A stretch of 64,000 nt of DNA from Clostridiales bacterium (GTDB taxonomy: Bacteria; Bacillota; Clostridia; Saccharofermentanales; Saccharofermentanaceae): NCBI GenBank assembly GCA_017513085.1, contig JAFWDK010000008.1:13895-77894 (forward strand). The letters run 5' to 3'. Made by a program: the position numbers and the translations under genes. Shown here one piece after another: positions 1-9,889 of the stretch (positions are counted from its first letter, which is position 1; the number at the start of each line of letters is the position of its first letter). The notes beneath the pieces were generated by a model that was not told the DNA's origin, did not search any database, and was given only the letters and a program-made list of their open reading frames with translations.

Positions 1-44
1 AAAGCAGGGTTGCCTCTTCAAAAGAAGCAACCCTGTTCTTTTTT
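1..44. terminator. Intrinsic terminator hairpin, possibly bidirectional
   Basis: CAGGGTTGC...GCAACCCTG stem just past the stop of the 61..1728 gene, T-run on the right. Confidence 0.65.
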
Positions 45-60
45 CAGGTTCTGACAAGTA

Positions 61-1728
61 TCAGATATTTCCTCTGTCTATACCATACTTTTTACAGATG
101 TTCGTGAACTCTTCACTCTGTCCGAAGAAAGCAAGCACGCTATCTCTTGTCTGTGTTCCCTTTGCGATCTCACCTGTCCAGTAAGCAACTTCGCCTGCTT
201 CCGGTTCACGATCCATGAAGGTCTTATACAGTCTATTCACGAACTCGTCGTCCTTAAGTTTGAGGTTAACAAACTCCTGGCTGGTGAAGAATTCTTTTGC
301 AGCGGAACAACCTGTCTGTTCAAGGTTGGTAAGTGCCAAAGACCAGTACTTCAGGCCCGCCTCTTCTGCTTCTCTTCCAAGACAGCAGGTGTAAAGACGT
401 GTAGCGAAGTTGATCGCGTTCTTAGAAGCAAACTCTGCTTTCGCTGTCGGCGCTCCGGACTTTACTCCGTATGTCGCGCAGACATTACACCATTCCTTCG
501 AGTCGATGAATCCCATGATGACCTGATCTCTGGTCATCGTCTTATTCTTCAGTTGACCTACCCAGAATGCCTTACCCTCTGCTTCGGAAGCACGTTCGAA
601 GAACGTCTTATACAGTGTCTCAACGAAATCCTCATCGCCCAGGCCACGGTTCTTGAACTCAGGTGCTTCGATCAGGAAGAAGTAAGCACAATCACCACCT
701 GTACGGTTCCCATCTTCGATCTCCTTGACCCAGAAAGCTTTTCCTTCCGGTTCAGACTCACGATTCAATGCGATCGTGTAAAGACGCTCAACGAAATCTG
801 CGATAGAAGGTTCCTTATCCGGATCACCCGGAACAGGCGTTACCGGGGCAGGTGTTACAGGCGTCGGATCTCCTGGGGCCGGTGTAACCGGGGCAGGTGT
901 AACAGGAGCCGGATCACCCGGGGCAGGTGTAACCGGGGCAGGTGTAACCGGTGCAGGTGTAACGGGAGTCGGATCACCTGGTGTCGGGGTCACAGGTGTT
1001 GGGGTGACGCCCTGCTCTGCTACGCAGAAACTCACAACGAGATCCTTGTTGTTGTAAATAATCGTTTCTGCTTCCGGATCCTGCTGAACGACCGTACATG
1101 TCTTGTCCGGATCTACGTTGTGGACCCATGTGATACTGAATCTGATTTCATGGGTATAACCACCTGCACGGAGTTTATCCTCTACTTCTTTTTGGGCCTC
1201 TTCATACCGCATACCCACTACATCCGGCATCTTCACACAAGCCATTGTCGGCGTCGGAACATCGGTAGGTTCTGACGGCGTCGGGGTGATCCCCTGCTCA
1301 GCCACATAAAGAGTAAAGGTATGTCTTTCGTTTCCCAATACCCACTTACCGGCTTCCGGGTCCTGGCTTTTGACCTTACATGTCAATTCAGGATCATTAT
1401 TATGTACCCAACAGATTCTAATTTCGAGATCAGCTGTAAACCCTTCTTCTTTAAACTTTTCCCTGATCTCCTGCTCGGCATCATGGTAATTCTTACCGAC
1501 CACATCAGGCATCTTCACACCAAACATTGTCGGCGTAGGAGCAGACAGTTGTTCATTGTCAGCAGATTCTTCCCGAAAAGATTCCTCAATTACATACGAA
1601 TTCGAAGCCGTATCCAGGCACTGTTCCTCATCAGCCTGAACACTTGGCCGGTATACAATACTCGGAATCAAAGCCAAAGTCGTAGCTAACGACAAAAAGG
1701 CTGCAAATAGTCGTTTTCCTCTTTTCAT
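61..1728 (-). CDS. Secreted protein: 2 PASTA-like domains, Pro/Thr linker, C-terminal DUF4214-type module
   Basis: AAGGAGG RBS before ATG 1728; signal peptide MKRGKRLFAAFLSLA; two KMPDVVG...QDP repeats; FVERLY...LNR...G..FW repeats. Confidence 0.8.
   Translation of the reverse strand: MKRGKRLFAAFLSLATTLALIPSIVYRPSVQADEEQCLDTASNSYVIEESFREESADNEQLSAPTPTMFGVKMPDVVGKNYHDAEQEIREKFKEEGFTADLEIRICWVHNNDPELTCKVKSQDPEAGKWVLGNERHTFTLYVAEQGITPTPSEPTDVPTPTMACVKMPDVVGMRYEEAQKEVEDKLRAGGYTHEIRFSITWVHNVDPDKTCTVVQQDPEAETIIYNNKDLVVSFCVAEQGVTPTPVTPTPGDPTPVTPAPVTPAPVTPAPGDPAPVTPAPVTPAPGDPTPVTPAPVTPVPGDPDKEPSIADFVERLYTIALNRESEPEGKAFWVKEIEDGNRTGGDCAYFFLIEAPEFKNRGLGDEDFVETLYKTFFERASEAEGKAFWVGQLKNKTMTRDQVIMGFIDSKEWCNVCATYGVKSGAPTAKAEFASKNAINFATRLYTCCLGREAEEAGLKYWSLALTNLEQTGCSAAKEFFTSQEFVNLKLKDDEFVNRLYKTFMDREPEAGEVAYWTGEIAKGTQTRDSVLAFFGQSEEFTNICKKYGIDRGNI
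820..1010 (-). repeat. Coding tandem repeat with ~15-bp units (PVTPA/PGDPT linker)
   Basis: Repeated GGTGTAACCGGGGCA-like units encoding a Pro/Thr-rich linker. Confidence 0.85.
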
Positions 1729-1853
1729 TTTTTCCTCCTTCTTACAAGAACCTGAAAATGCATCATACATTCTTAGGCAACCTCACAAATTCTTTGTATA
1801 TTATAAAAAAATATGATGGTGCTGACAATAATGATACTACAATGACTTCTAGC

Positions 1854-1901
1854 AAAAAAAGACCCGCTTCCAACGAAATACAATCGTCGAAAACGGGTCT
1901 T
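1854..1901 (-). terminator. Intrinsic terminator of mscL
   Basis: AGACCCG...CGGGTCT stem followed on the minus strand by a T7 run. Confidence 0.7.
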
Positions 1902-1919
1902 ATTAATCAAATTAAATAA

Positions 1920-2342
1920 TCAAGCTTTTTCTTTCTTCAAAAGATCGCGGATCTCGGTAAGGAGCTCGATATCCTTTGGTGTCTCCTCTTCCTTTTCCTC
2001 TTCCTTCTTGGCAAGCTTTTCTTTAGCCTTATTCATAATACGAATAACAATAAAGATGCAGAATGCAATGATTATGAATTGAATAACCGCATTAATGAGA
2101 ACGCCATAGCCGATAGCTACTTCCTCTTTCACAACTTCACCCACAAGATTCGTTTCCGCTTCCTTAAGAACATACTTCATGTTTGCGAAATCCACGCCGG
2201 AAGTCAAAACACCAATGCAAGGCATAATGATGTTGTCCACAAGAGCAGTTACAATCTTACCGAAAGCGGCACCGATAACTACAGCAGTAGCCAAATCGAT
2301 TACGTTTCCTCTCAACAGAAATGCTTTAAAATCTTTCCACAT
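1920..2342 (-). CDS. mscL: Large-conductance mechanosensitive channel
   Basis: FKAFLLRGNVIDLATAVVIGAAFGKIV and LLTEIRDLL signatures; GGAGG RBS before ATG 2342. Confidence 0.95.
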   Translation of the reverse strand: MWKDFKAFLLRGNVIDLATAVVIGAAFGKIVTALVDNIIMPCIGVLTSGVDFANMKYVLKEAETNLVGEVVKEEVAIGYGVLINAVIQFIIIAFCIFIVIRIMNKAKEKLAKKEEEKEEETPKDIELLTEIRDLLKKEKA

Positions 2343-2406
2343 AAACAAACCCTCCGTTCAATTGTTTCTAACTGTGATTATAACAAACCCTAAGAAAAAT
2401 GAAGCA

Positions 2407-2793
2407 TCACTTCTTATCTTTTTTTTTCTTTTTTTTGTTCTTTTTTTCTTTCTCTTCTTTCTTGGCCTTATTCTTCTTCTTCACGACGACCGTTTCAGAA
2501 GCTAAAGTATCATTCACTTTTTCCGGAGCATTTTGAATCGTCTTCAGTTCATCGATCAAAGATTCGATCGTGTCACTATCTATACTATAAAAGCACTCAC
2601 GTCCGATCCGGTTTGCTTTGACGATCTTCTTTTCAACTAATACACGCATGTGGTAGGACAATGTCGGCTGCGAGATCTCCACATGAGCCAGAATATCTTT
2701 TGCTCTAAGGCTTTTTGCATCCGCAAGCGAATGTAATATCTGCATTCTGGTGCAATCGCCTATAACGGCAAAATATTCACTAAAATCCACCAT
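2407..2793 (-). CDS. ArsR/SmtB family transcriptional regulator with Lys-rich tail
   Basis: GDCTRMQIL...ISQPTLSYHMRVL...RIGRECFYSI winged-HTH pattern. Confidence 0.85.
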   Translation of the reverse strand: MVDFSEYFAVIGDCTRMQILHSLADAKSLRAKDILAHVEISQPTLSYHMRVLVEKKIVKANRIGRECFYSIDSDTIESLIDELKTIQNAPEKVNDTLASETVVVKKKNKAKKEEKEKKNKKKKKKDKK

Positions 2794-2808
2794 ATGTCCC
2801 CCTTCGGA

Positions 2809-3441
2809 TCACGCAATCAATTGTCCTTTCAAAGCCTCTTCAAAATCAGACAAATTTGCACAAGCAACAACTTCCGTATTATCTTCCAACAGAATATCCT
2901 CATCAGCCTTCACCAGCATCGTCATCGGTACACCAAGCTTACGAAGCAGCAAAAGCTGATACTCTTTACTTGGCTGATTAGCCAGATACTTGCTGAGCAT
3001 GCGAAGGACCTGCTTGGCATCTTCCAGATAAATACCGGACAGACGCATCAGATGGTCAATAACATAGACGCCGAAAACATCATCGAACATCATGTTCTTC
3101 TTTTCCGGGAAGCAGGAAGAAAAAACAGTCATAGCAATCTTGGAAACAAGGTTGAGATTGACAAAATCTGCAATCGGAATACAGAAACTCTTTACATTCG
3201 GAGAGAAGATCTCCTGGAGCTGTTCAACAGTGAGTTCGCCCTTAAGATCCTGGATCCTCTCAATACGAGCCAGAACACGGTCTCTTGGAAGGAACGTCTC
3301 CTGTCCGGTCGCCGTAGCCTTATGAATGAACCAGCTTTCCGGAATCAATTTCATTCTTTTCCAGCGATAAAGTGTTCCATAAGAAATACGTGCCGCCCGC
3401 AAGAGTTGCTTCTTAGAAATCAATTCTTCATTTTCAAACAT
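2809..3441 (-). CDS. YhbD/DUF4004 family protein (MerR-like HTH)
   Basis: LISKKQLL..ISYGTLYRWKR..LIPESWFI....TGQETF motif. Confidence 0.8.
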   Translation of the reverse strand: MFENEELISKKQLLRAARISYGTLYRWKRMKLIPESWFIHKATATGQETFLPRDRVLARIERIQDLKGELTVEQLQEIFSPNVKSFCIPIADFVNLNLVSKIAMTVFSSCFPEKKNMMFDDVFGVYVIDHLMRLSGIYLEDAKQVLRMLSKYLANQPSKEYQLLLLRKLGVPMTMLVKADEDILLEDNTEVVACANLSDFEEALKGQLIA

Positions 3442-3596
3442 GGCTTTTTCACCTCACAAAAGAATAGCTGCGGACATCTCCTATAGAAACATCCACAGCT
3501 ATCATTTTAAAGAGACAATGTTACAACTTCTAAACAGTCATGTAGCAATTCCGTTCCCTTTTGAATTCAGGCGGAAAAACAGGCATGTAAGAAGTA

Positions 3597-4430
3597 TTAA
3601 AGACCGAAAGCGTCGTAAAGCTCGTCAATAAATCCGTTATAATCGCCTTCCAGAATTGCTTCAAACGCAGGTCTGATGAGGAAGTACAACAGAATGCAGA
3701 CTGCAAGGGCCACGATGATGCCGATGATCTTCCAGATCAAAACGGCACGGGAAAGATTCTTGCGGCTCTGCTTCTTGCCGGAAACAGAGAAAATAATGGA
3801 ACTGATCAAGCCAACGACCGGAATAGCAAAAAGGAACAGTAACCAGAAAGCACCACCGGTAGAAAGCGGCTTGGACTCTGTGACCGGCTCTCCGTAGACC
3901 TTGTCCTTCTTCTTTCCTTTCTTCTCTTCAACCGGTGCAGCGGCCGGCTGGGCAAATGTATTCGGTGTCAGAGGTGCCGGCACCGGAATTGGCGCAACGC
4001 CTGCCGATGATGTCTGCGCACTTGGAGCCGGCTGTTGGAATGCCGGAGCCGGAGAAGGGATCGGATTTTGAACAGGACTCGGAATGATCGGCTGATCGAC
4101 CGGCTGTGAAGCAAAAGCAGCAACCGGAGCAACTTCCGGAACAGCTTCACTTACTGTCTCGCTTACTGTTTCTACAACTTCTTCTTTTTTCTTCGGTATA
4201 GCAATGGGGGCACCCGGATCAAAAGATGCACTCGGAAGATCATCTACTTCCTGGTTCAACGTTTCAACCGCAGCTTCTGCTTTCTCTTCAATTACCTCCG
4301 GCGCCGACTGTGCTTCCGTTACCGCATCCGAAACAGCTCCCTGCACTGCTTCAGCAACCACGCTGGCACCACATGACGGACAAAACTTTACGCCATCCGG
4401 CAATGAAGATTCACATTTTGGACAAATCAT
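3597..4430 (-). CDS. Zinc-ribbon membrane protein with Pro/Ala-rich linker
   Basis: CPKC...KFCPSCG at N-terminus; C-terminal TM helices; GGGGAGGG RBS before ATG 4430. Confidence 0.75.
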   Translation of the reverse strand: MICPKCESSLPDGVKFCPSCGASVVAEAVQGAVSDAVTEAQSAPEVIEEKAEAAVETLNQEVDDLPSASFDPGAPIAIPKKKEEVVETVSETVSEAVPEVAPVAAFASQPVDQPIIPSPVQNPIPSPAPAFQQPAPSAQTSSAGVAPIPVPAPLTPNTFAQPAAAPVEEKKGKKKDKVYGEPVTESKPLSTGGAFWLLFLFAIPVVGLISSIIFSVSGKKQSRKNLSRAVLIWKIIGIIVALAVCILLYFLIRPAFEAILEGDYNGFIDELYDAFGL

Positions 4431-4537
4431 ATTCGTACCCTCCCCAAAAAATCTATGAATTGACTTGTTTAACAAGACTCGATTTATTATATCATGTTTA
4501 GAGATTTATTTAACAATTTTTATTGAAAGGAAAAAAT

Positions 4538-5884
4538 ATGCAGAACGACTTATCCTCCGGCAAACCATCATCTGTGCTCTGGCGCTTCTGTCTTCCTCTT
4601 TTTGCCAGCATGCTTTTTCAGCAGATGTACAGCATAGCAGATAGCCTGATTGCCGGCGGACTGATCGGAGAAGATGCTTTGGCTGCAGTCGGAAACAGTT
4701 ATGAGATCACATTCATCTATCTGGCCTTTGCTTTTGGCGCCAACATCGGCTGTTCCGTAATCGTTTCCAGGTTATTCGGTGCCGGACGCCATGAACAGAT
4801 GAAGACGGCCGTCTATACTTCTATTCTTCTGGTCATCGTAATGTGTGTGTTTCTCATGTCTATGGGTTTTATCGGGAACTCCGTTCTTCTCCAACTGATT
4901 CGCACACCGAAAGACATCTTCGCGGACTCCCGGAATTATCTTCTGATCTATACGGCAAGTCTTCCCTTCATGTTTTTCTATAATTTGTCCACCGGCATTT
5001 TCTCGGGGATCGGAGATTCCCGCACGCCCTTTCTCTTTCTCGCCATATCCTCAACGGCAAACGTGATCCTGGACTACGTATTTGTGAAATTCCTGCACCT
5101 CGGTGTCCCCGGGATAGCTTGGGCAACCTTGATCTGTCAGGGGATAAGTTGCATCTTATCCATGACCGTCGTATTTCATACACTCCAAAGGATCAAATGC
5201 GAGCATAAACCAGCGCTTTTCTCGGCGCCCCTTCTTAAACAGATCCTGGCCATCGCCATACCGAGCATATTCCAGCAGAGCTTCATTTCAGTCGGCAACA
5301 TTATTCTGCAGCGCATCATCAACGCATTCGGAACCGCTGTCATGGCCGGCTATTCCGCATCGATCAAGCTCAACAACCTTATGGTCTCTTCTTTTACTAC
5401 CCTTGGAAATGGTATTTCAAACTACACCTCGCAGAATATCGGTGCCCAAAAACCGGAACGCATCCCGGAAGGACACCGCGTCGGCATACACCTGGAATGG
5501 CTGCTCTGCCTGCCGTTCTTGCTTTTGTATCTGGTCTTCGGGAAATATCTTCTCCTGCCTTTCATGGAAAACCCGACCGGAGAAGCCATCCGGACAGGCA
5601 TTATGTTTCTTCGGATCGTGTCACCGTTTTATTTCGTCGCCGAAATCAAGCTTGTATCCGATGGCGTTTTGCGCGGTTCCAATCACCTGAAAGAATTCAT
5701 GATCGCCACATTTACAGACCTGATCCTTCGCGTCGTGCTTTCCTTCGCGCTCTCGAAAACAAACCTCGGCGCTAACGGAATCTGGTGCTCATGGCCGATC
5801 GGATGGACCGTCGGAACGATCCTCTCCTACTTCTTCTACAAAAGCACTGTCAAAAAACTTATGTCTTCTCCTCAGAAGGAATGA
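4538..5884 (+). CDS. MATE family efflux transporter
   Basis: QQMYSIADSLIAG, ALAAVG, GDSRTP, NVILD motifs; ~12 TM segments. Confidence 0.92.
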   Translation: MQNDLSSGKPSSVLWRFCLPLFASMLFQQMYSIADSLIAGGLIGEDALAAVGNSYEITFIYLAFAFGANIGCSVIVSRLFGAGRHEQMKTAVYTSILLVIVMCVFLMSMGFIGNSVLLQLIRTPKDIFADSRNYLLIYTASLPFMFFYNLSTGIFSGIGDSRTPFLFLAISSTANVILDYVFVKFLHLGVPGIAWATLICQGISCILSMTVVFHTLQRIKCEHKPALFSAPLLKQILAIAIPSIFQQSFISVGNIILQRIINAFGTAVMAGYSASIKLNNLMVSSFTTLGNGISNYTSQNIGAQKPERIPEGHRVGIHLEWLLCLPFLLLYLVFGKYLLLPFMENPTGEAIRTGIMFLRIVSPFYFVAEIKLVSDGVLRGSNHLKEFMIATFTDLILRVVLSFALSKTNLGANGIWCSWPIGWTVGTILSYFFYKSTVKKLMSSPQKE

Positions 5885-8800
5885 TCGCTATACAGATCTG
5901 TCCGGCCTGAAGAGTATACCTTCTTTCATTCAGACGCAGAATATTACCGGTCGATGCCAACCCGATGCTCTTGCAATTCGCAGAATAGCGGAAGACCTCA
6001 ATGTCACGCACCGGCACATCCGCCTCAATCAGGAACTGCTGTTGTTCAGGAGTCGGATTCACAACGATCAGATAAGTATTTCCATTGGAAGTAAAAGCAT
6101 AAGAAAGCAGCTCCACCTGATATCCTTCTTCATTCGTCTTAGAAAGCGGCACAGTCCAATTGGTGTCCACACGATATCCTTTCGAGATCGAATGCAGCAC
6201 GCCGACAGTATGGATCGCTGTCTCCATATTCGCAGATGTCGTATATCTGTTTTGCAGTCTGTCATCATCTCTCGCAAAGAAGAAGTCTTCATCCGCATCT
6301 CCGTCCAGCCGGCTGACAGGAAGATCGACCGTCACAAATGCTGTATGCTCTCCCAGGTCTTCAAGCATGCATCTGGCAATATTCGCAGCAGTCAAAGGCT
6401 GTTCGACCGTGATCACTTCATTGTCATACACCTGACGCGTAATGATCGAAACGGAAAGGTCGGATACCCACTCACCTTTTGTTTCCTGAATATATGACGC
6501 CGGAATCCTGGGAATAGCGTCCTGATAATCCTGATACTGGGAATCCAGAAGCGAAGAAAGATCTCCGTTTTGGATCTCCTTATTGGCAGCATCGTTAGAA
6601 ATATGTAAGGTTGAAGCATGGTAATCCGCCTGAGAATTCATGGTTCCACCTACATACTGCATACCATCGATCAGAACGATCTTATCTTTTATATCTACAT
6701 AGTATTTCGAATTTCGGATCAGCGAGATCACATAATCCACATAAGAACCCCGCTCCATATCCGTCTCAAAAAGCCCGTTACTGTCCGTCACTTCAATCAG
6801 GATACGGTCAAACTGTCTCGCCCACGGGACCGCGGTTCCATTATCCACACGGACTTTACCGTACGGTTCCGTGATGCTTCCGCAAAGATAACTCAGAAGA
6901 ACATCTGAATCTTCTTTACTGAAAGCGGAATCGATCACTAACCAGGGATTCGCGTTGACTTGTTTTACAAGACGGAGCGTCGACTCCAGCGAGATCACGC
7001 CGGTACCGGAAACCCCATGTTCTCCAACGATGTTCAGTCTTTCATTTCCGTTCAGGAGAAGATTGGACTGAATAGTACTGCCGAGTTTACCAAATCCGAG
7101 ATTATCCAACCGGATATACTCCGGCTGGTTATTTTCCAAAAGCTTAACCAGCTGAGGTTCGATCTCCGAATCGGAAAAACCTTCTCTTTCCAGACGGACA
7201 CCGTCGCAGTAGAGTTCGCCGGAACCATAAAAACCGATATTCAAACGTATCTGTGACTCTTCCGACGGAACATATCCGGAAGGCCATGCAAATGTAAAAC
7301 TATATTCTCTCCAACTGCTGCTCACCTCAGTAAAAGTCGAGCCGATCGATTCCGAAAGTCCCGAAAGCCATACCATGACGCGGCCACCGGTCAGATTACC
7401 TTGCTTCAGCCATAAACGCACATGATAAAATGCCTTATCCTTCATCGGGCTGACTTCATCACGGGAAATTACTTGAGAGACAAAATGTGCTTTTTCCACA
7501 TCAGGATTGGAAGAAAAAAGATGCAGAGAACGCTCGCCGGTTGTTTTCGGCGCATTCTGCGCATTCTGGACCACCGAATCCTCACCGAAAACCTCCCAGG
7601 CACTCATGCCCTCCTGATTCATGGAAGGAACCGCTACGGTAAGGTAACAAACATCGCCGTTTTGAATCAACGCATCGCCGATTTCACGATCGATCGTCAC
7701 TTTGGTAAACAGCGACGATGTATAAAGCGTACCTTTTCTGACAAAAAGCAGGTTCTCGTCGGAAGTAATGCCCATCGCCGAGATCTCACTATTACGCTCG
7801 TCATTCAATCTTTCCCACTTGTTCTCCACAAACGAGTAAGAATAAATATATCCGCCGAAAGTCAGCATCCAAACATCTCCATTTGAAAAACAGACAAGCT
7901 GCTTCGGTGAATAGTTTTTCTCGAGGGAATCCGTATATCTTGTAAAAGACCACTTCTGCGCCTCTTCATCAAAGGAACCGATCGCCATCTGTCCCTTTGC
8001 GTCCAAAAGCGTGATCTTTCCGTTATCAAAAGAAGAAAGGATCCAGGAATCTTCACTCTCGCATGAAAGTTCATCCTGACCCAGAGCCCGGAAAACCGTT
8101 CCATTGGACGTCGTCAGCACGGTTCCATTCTCCGCGCACAGCAGAGCTCTTTTTCCGTCACTGACCGCCGTGGAAAAAGAACTCTCCTCACCTGTTTTCG
8201 GCTCGATGACCCGATTTCCTTCATGCACAAGTACTTTTCCTTGGCCGCCACACGCAATGACAGTCTGCCCGATCACCGTGAGAGCACGAATATCTGTATC
8301 TTCATTCGGCTCCGCATTGCCACCCAGCTCACTCCACAACCGGCCTCCGGACGAAGAAAAGAAACGTCCGTGTCTGGTCACCGCATAATCTCTTTTGCCG
8401 AAGCTGAACGAATCCACAAAAGGATCATTCTCATCCGGAGATTCGATGGCAAATTGCGTGGAAGTATGAATATACGTGATCATATCGCCATTCGCCATGA
8501 TCGCCGCAGAATACTCATCATTACTGCAGATCTTCTTAACTTCCTCAGCGCGGCTGATCTCGCTCTCCATCGGCTTCCAAATGCCTAACTGGTTTTTGGA
8601 ATAATCCACGACACCGGCATCCAGGATCTGATTCATCCGTCCATCCTCATCATAAGCCATAATGCGGAGTTTTCCGCTCTTGTGATAAGACTGCAGGATT
8701 TTCTCGATCTTCGAGGAGGAGTGATGAAGAAAAACCGAATTTCCCTCCGCCTCTGCCACGCTGAACACATCCTCGACATAGTTATTTTCAAAAGAAGCAT

Positions 8801-9044
8801 CCCAAACCAGATTTGTGGAAGGAATGTAAGAGAGATTCAGTCCGAGTCCCGAAGATGCAATACCATTTCTGTTTTGAGAAACCGAGACTTTCGGATAATC
8901 GGATCCCATACGGAATAATCCTAAGCTGACAAAAAGGAAAGACGAAATCAAAAGAAAAATAACGGAAACCGTAACCGCCGTAACAAACGGCCGTTTATGG
9001 ACGCGTTCTTTTCGTGTAAACAGATTACGGATCCGACTGAACAT
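5859..9044 (-). CDS. Large membrane-anchored protein: beta-propeller, CBM4/9-like and GH51-like barrel
   Basis: 1061-aa ORF; N-terminal TM; Asp-box-like SSSGGRLW/TSNGTVF; WREYSFTF...LYCDGVRL; PYGKVRVDNG. Confidence 0.6.
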   Translation of the reverse strand: MFSRIRNLFTRKERVHKRPFVTAVTVSVIFLLISSFLFVSLGLFRMGSDYPKVSVSQNRNGIASSGLGLNLSYIPSTNLVWDASFENNYVEDVFSVAEAEGNSVFLHHSSSKIEKILQSYHKSGKLRIMAYDEDGRMNQILDAGVVDYSKNQLGIWKPMESEISRAEEVKKICSNDEYSAAIMANGDMITYIHTSTQFAIESPDENDPFVDSFSFGKRDYAVTRHGRFFSSSGGRLWSELGGNAEPNEDTDIRALTVIGQTVIACGGQGKVLVHEGNRVIEPKTGEESSFSTAVSDGKRALLCAENGTVLTTSNGTVFRALGQDELSCESEDSWILSSFDNGKITLLDAKGQMAIGSFDEEAQKWSFTRYTDSLEKNYSPKQLVCFSNGDVWMLTFGGYIYSYSFVENKWERLNDERNSEISAMGITSDENLLFVRKGTLYTSSLFTKVTIDREIGDALIQNGDVCYLTVAVPSMNQEGMSAWEVFGEDSVVQNAQNAPKTTGERSLHLFSSNPDVEKAHFVSQVISRDEVSPMKDKAFYHVRLWLKQGNLTGGRVMVWLSGLSESIGSTFTEVSSSWREYSFTFAWPSGYVPSEESQIRLNIGFYGSGELYCDGVRLEREGFSDSEIEPQLVKLLENNQPEYIRLDNLGFGKLGSTIQSNLLLNGNERLNIVGEHGVSGTGVISLESTLRLVKQVNANPWLVIDSAFSKEDSDVLLSYLCGSITEPYGKVRVDNGTAVPWARQFDRILIEVTDSNGLFETDMERGSYVDYVISLIRNSKYYVDIKDKIVLIDGMQYVGGTMNSQADYHASTLHISNDAANKEIQNGDLSSLLDSQYQDYQDAIPRIPASYIQETKGEWVSDLSVSIITRQVYDNEVITVEQPLTAANIARCMLEDLGEHTAFVTVDLPVSRLDGDADEDFFFARDDDRLQNRYTTSANMETAIHTVGVLHSISKGYRVDTNWTVPLSKTNEEGYQVELLSYAFTSNGNTYLIVVNPTPEQQQFLIEADVPVRDIEVFRYSANCKSIGLASTGNILRLNERRYTLQAGQICIAIIPSEEKT

Positions 9045-9889
9045 TACTGTTCTCCTTTACTTTCTACAGGCACTGTCATTTTCGATTTCTTATCCTGTTT
9101 CTTCTTGAACCGGATAAGCAGGATAACCATGATGATAAAAATCGGGATCGCCGCATACTCCACAACTTCCAGAATATACTGGATCACTTCTGAAGGATTG
9201 AACACTTCGTAGATCCCGCTTCCGACAAAATTAAAAAGCATATGCGTCGCGATAGACATGACCAGATTCTTCGAGACATAATACACGACGGCCAGTACGA
9301 TTCCGCATAAGAACGCATAGCCGATCTGGATCACCTGGCCATGCATGACGCCAAAACAAAAACCGCTCACAAGAATAGCCGGCACCGGGTGGCTTACCTG
9401 AAGCATCCCTTGGAAAACCACGCCACGGAAGATCATCTCTTCCAGCACAGGGATCAGGAGACAACTCGAAAGAAGATTCAGAGCAACCGCCAGAGTTGAA
9501 GAAGACGTCACTTCCATCATCTCATTATATTCACGCATGGATCGTTCAATGTACGGCGTATGGATATTATTGATGGCTGTAAAATACAATGCCGATATGC
9601 CCAGCATCGCCAGCGCGGCAAAAACCGCCAACAACCAATCTTCCGACTTGCCTTTCGAGTACGGGATCTGCCCGAAACCATATTTTCTGTAGGCGCGGAA
9701 CCATAAAAGACAAAGGATGATGCCGACTATACCTTCGAGAGTATAGATCGCATAGTCATACTTCATCACATCTTCTCCGGCAAAAGCACGCACCGTCTCA
9801 AGCGAGATCGATATAAGAAGATAGTAAGCAATCATGCAGGCTAACGGAACTACGACATACTGAATGATGACCCGGCCGACTTTGCTCAT
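9044..9889 (-). CDS. CPBP (CAAX/Abi) family intramembrane metalloprotease
   Basis: PVLEEMIFRG, FGVMH, HMLFN motifs. Confidence 0.9.
   Translation of the reverse strand: MSKVGRVIIQYVVVPLACMIAYYLLISISLETVRAFAGEDVMKYDYAIYTLEGIVGIILCLLWFRAYRKYGFGQIPYSKGKSEDWLLAVFAALAMLGISALYFTAINNIHTPYIERSMREYNEMMEVTSSSTLAVALNLLSSCLLIPVLEEMIFRGVVFQGMLQVSHPVPAILVSGFCFGVMHGQVIQIGYAFLCGIVLAVVYYVSKNLVMSIATHMLFNFVGSGIYEVFNPSEVIQYILEVVEYAAIPIFIIMVILLIRFKKKQDKKSKMTVPVESKGEQ

Noticed and set aside
820-1010. Tandem repeats here and at 62265-62400 as a CRISPR array
   Set aside because: Contiguous in-frame coding units without unique spacers; no cas genes
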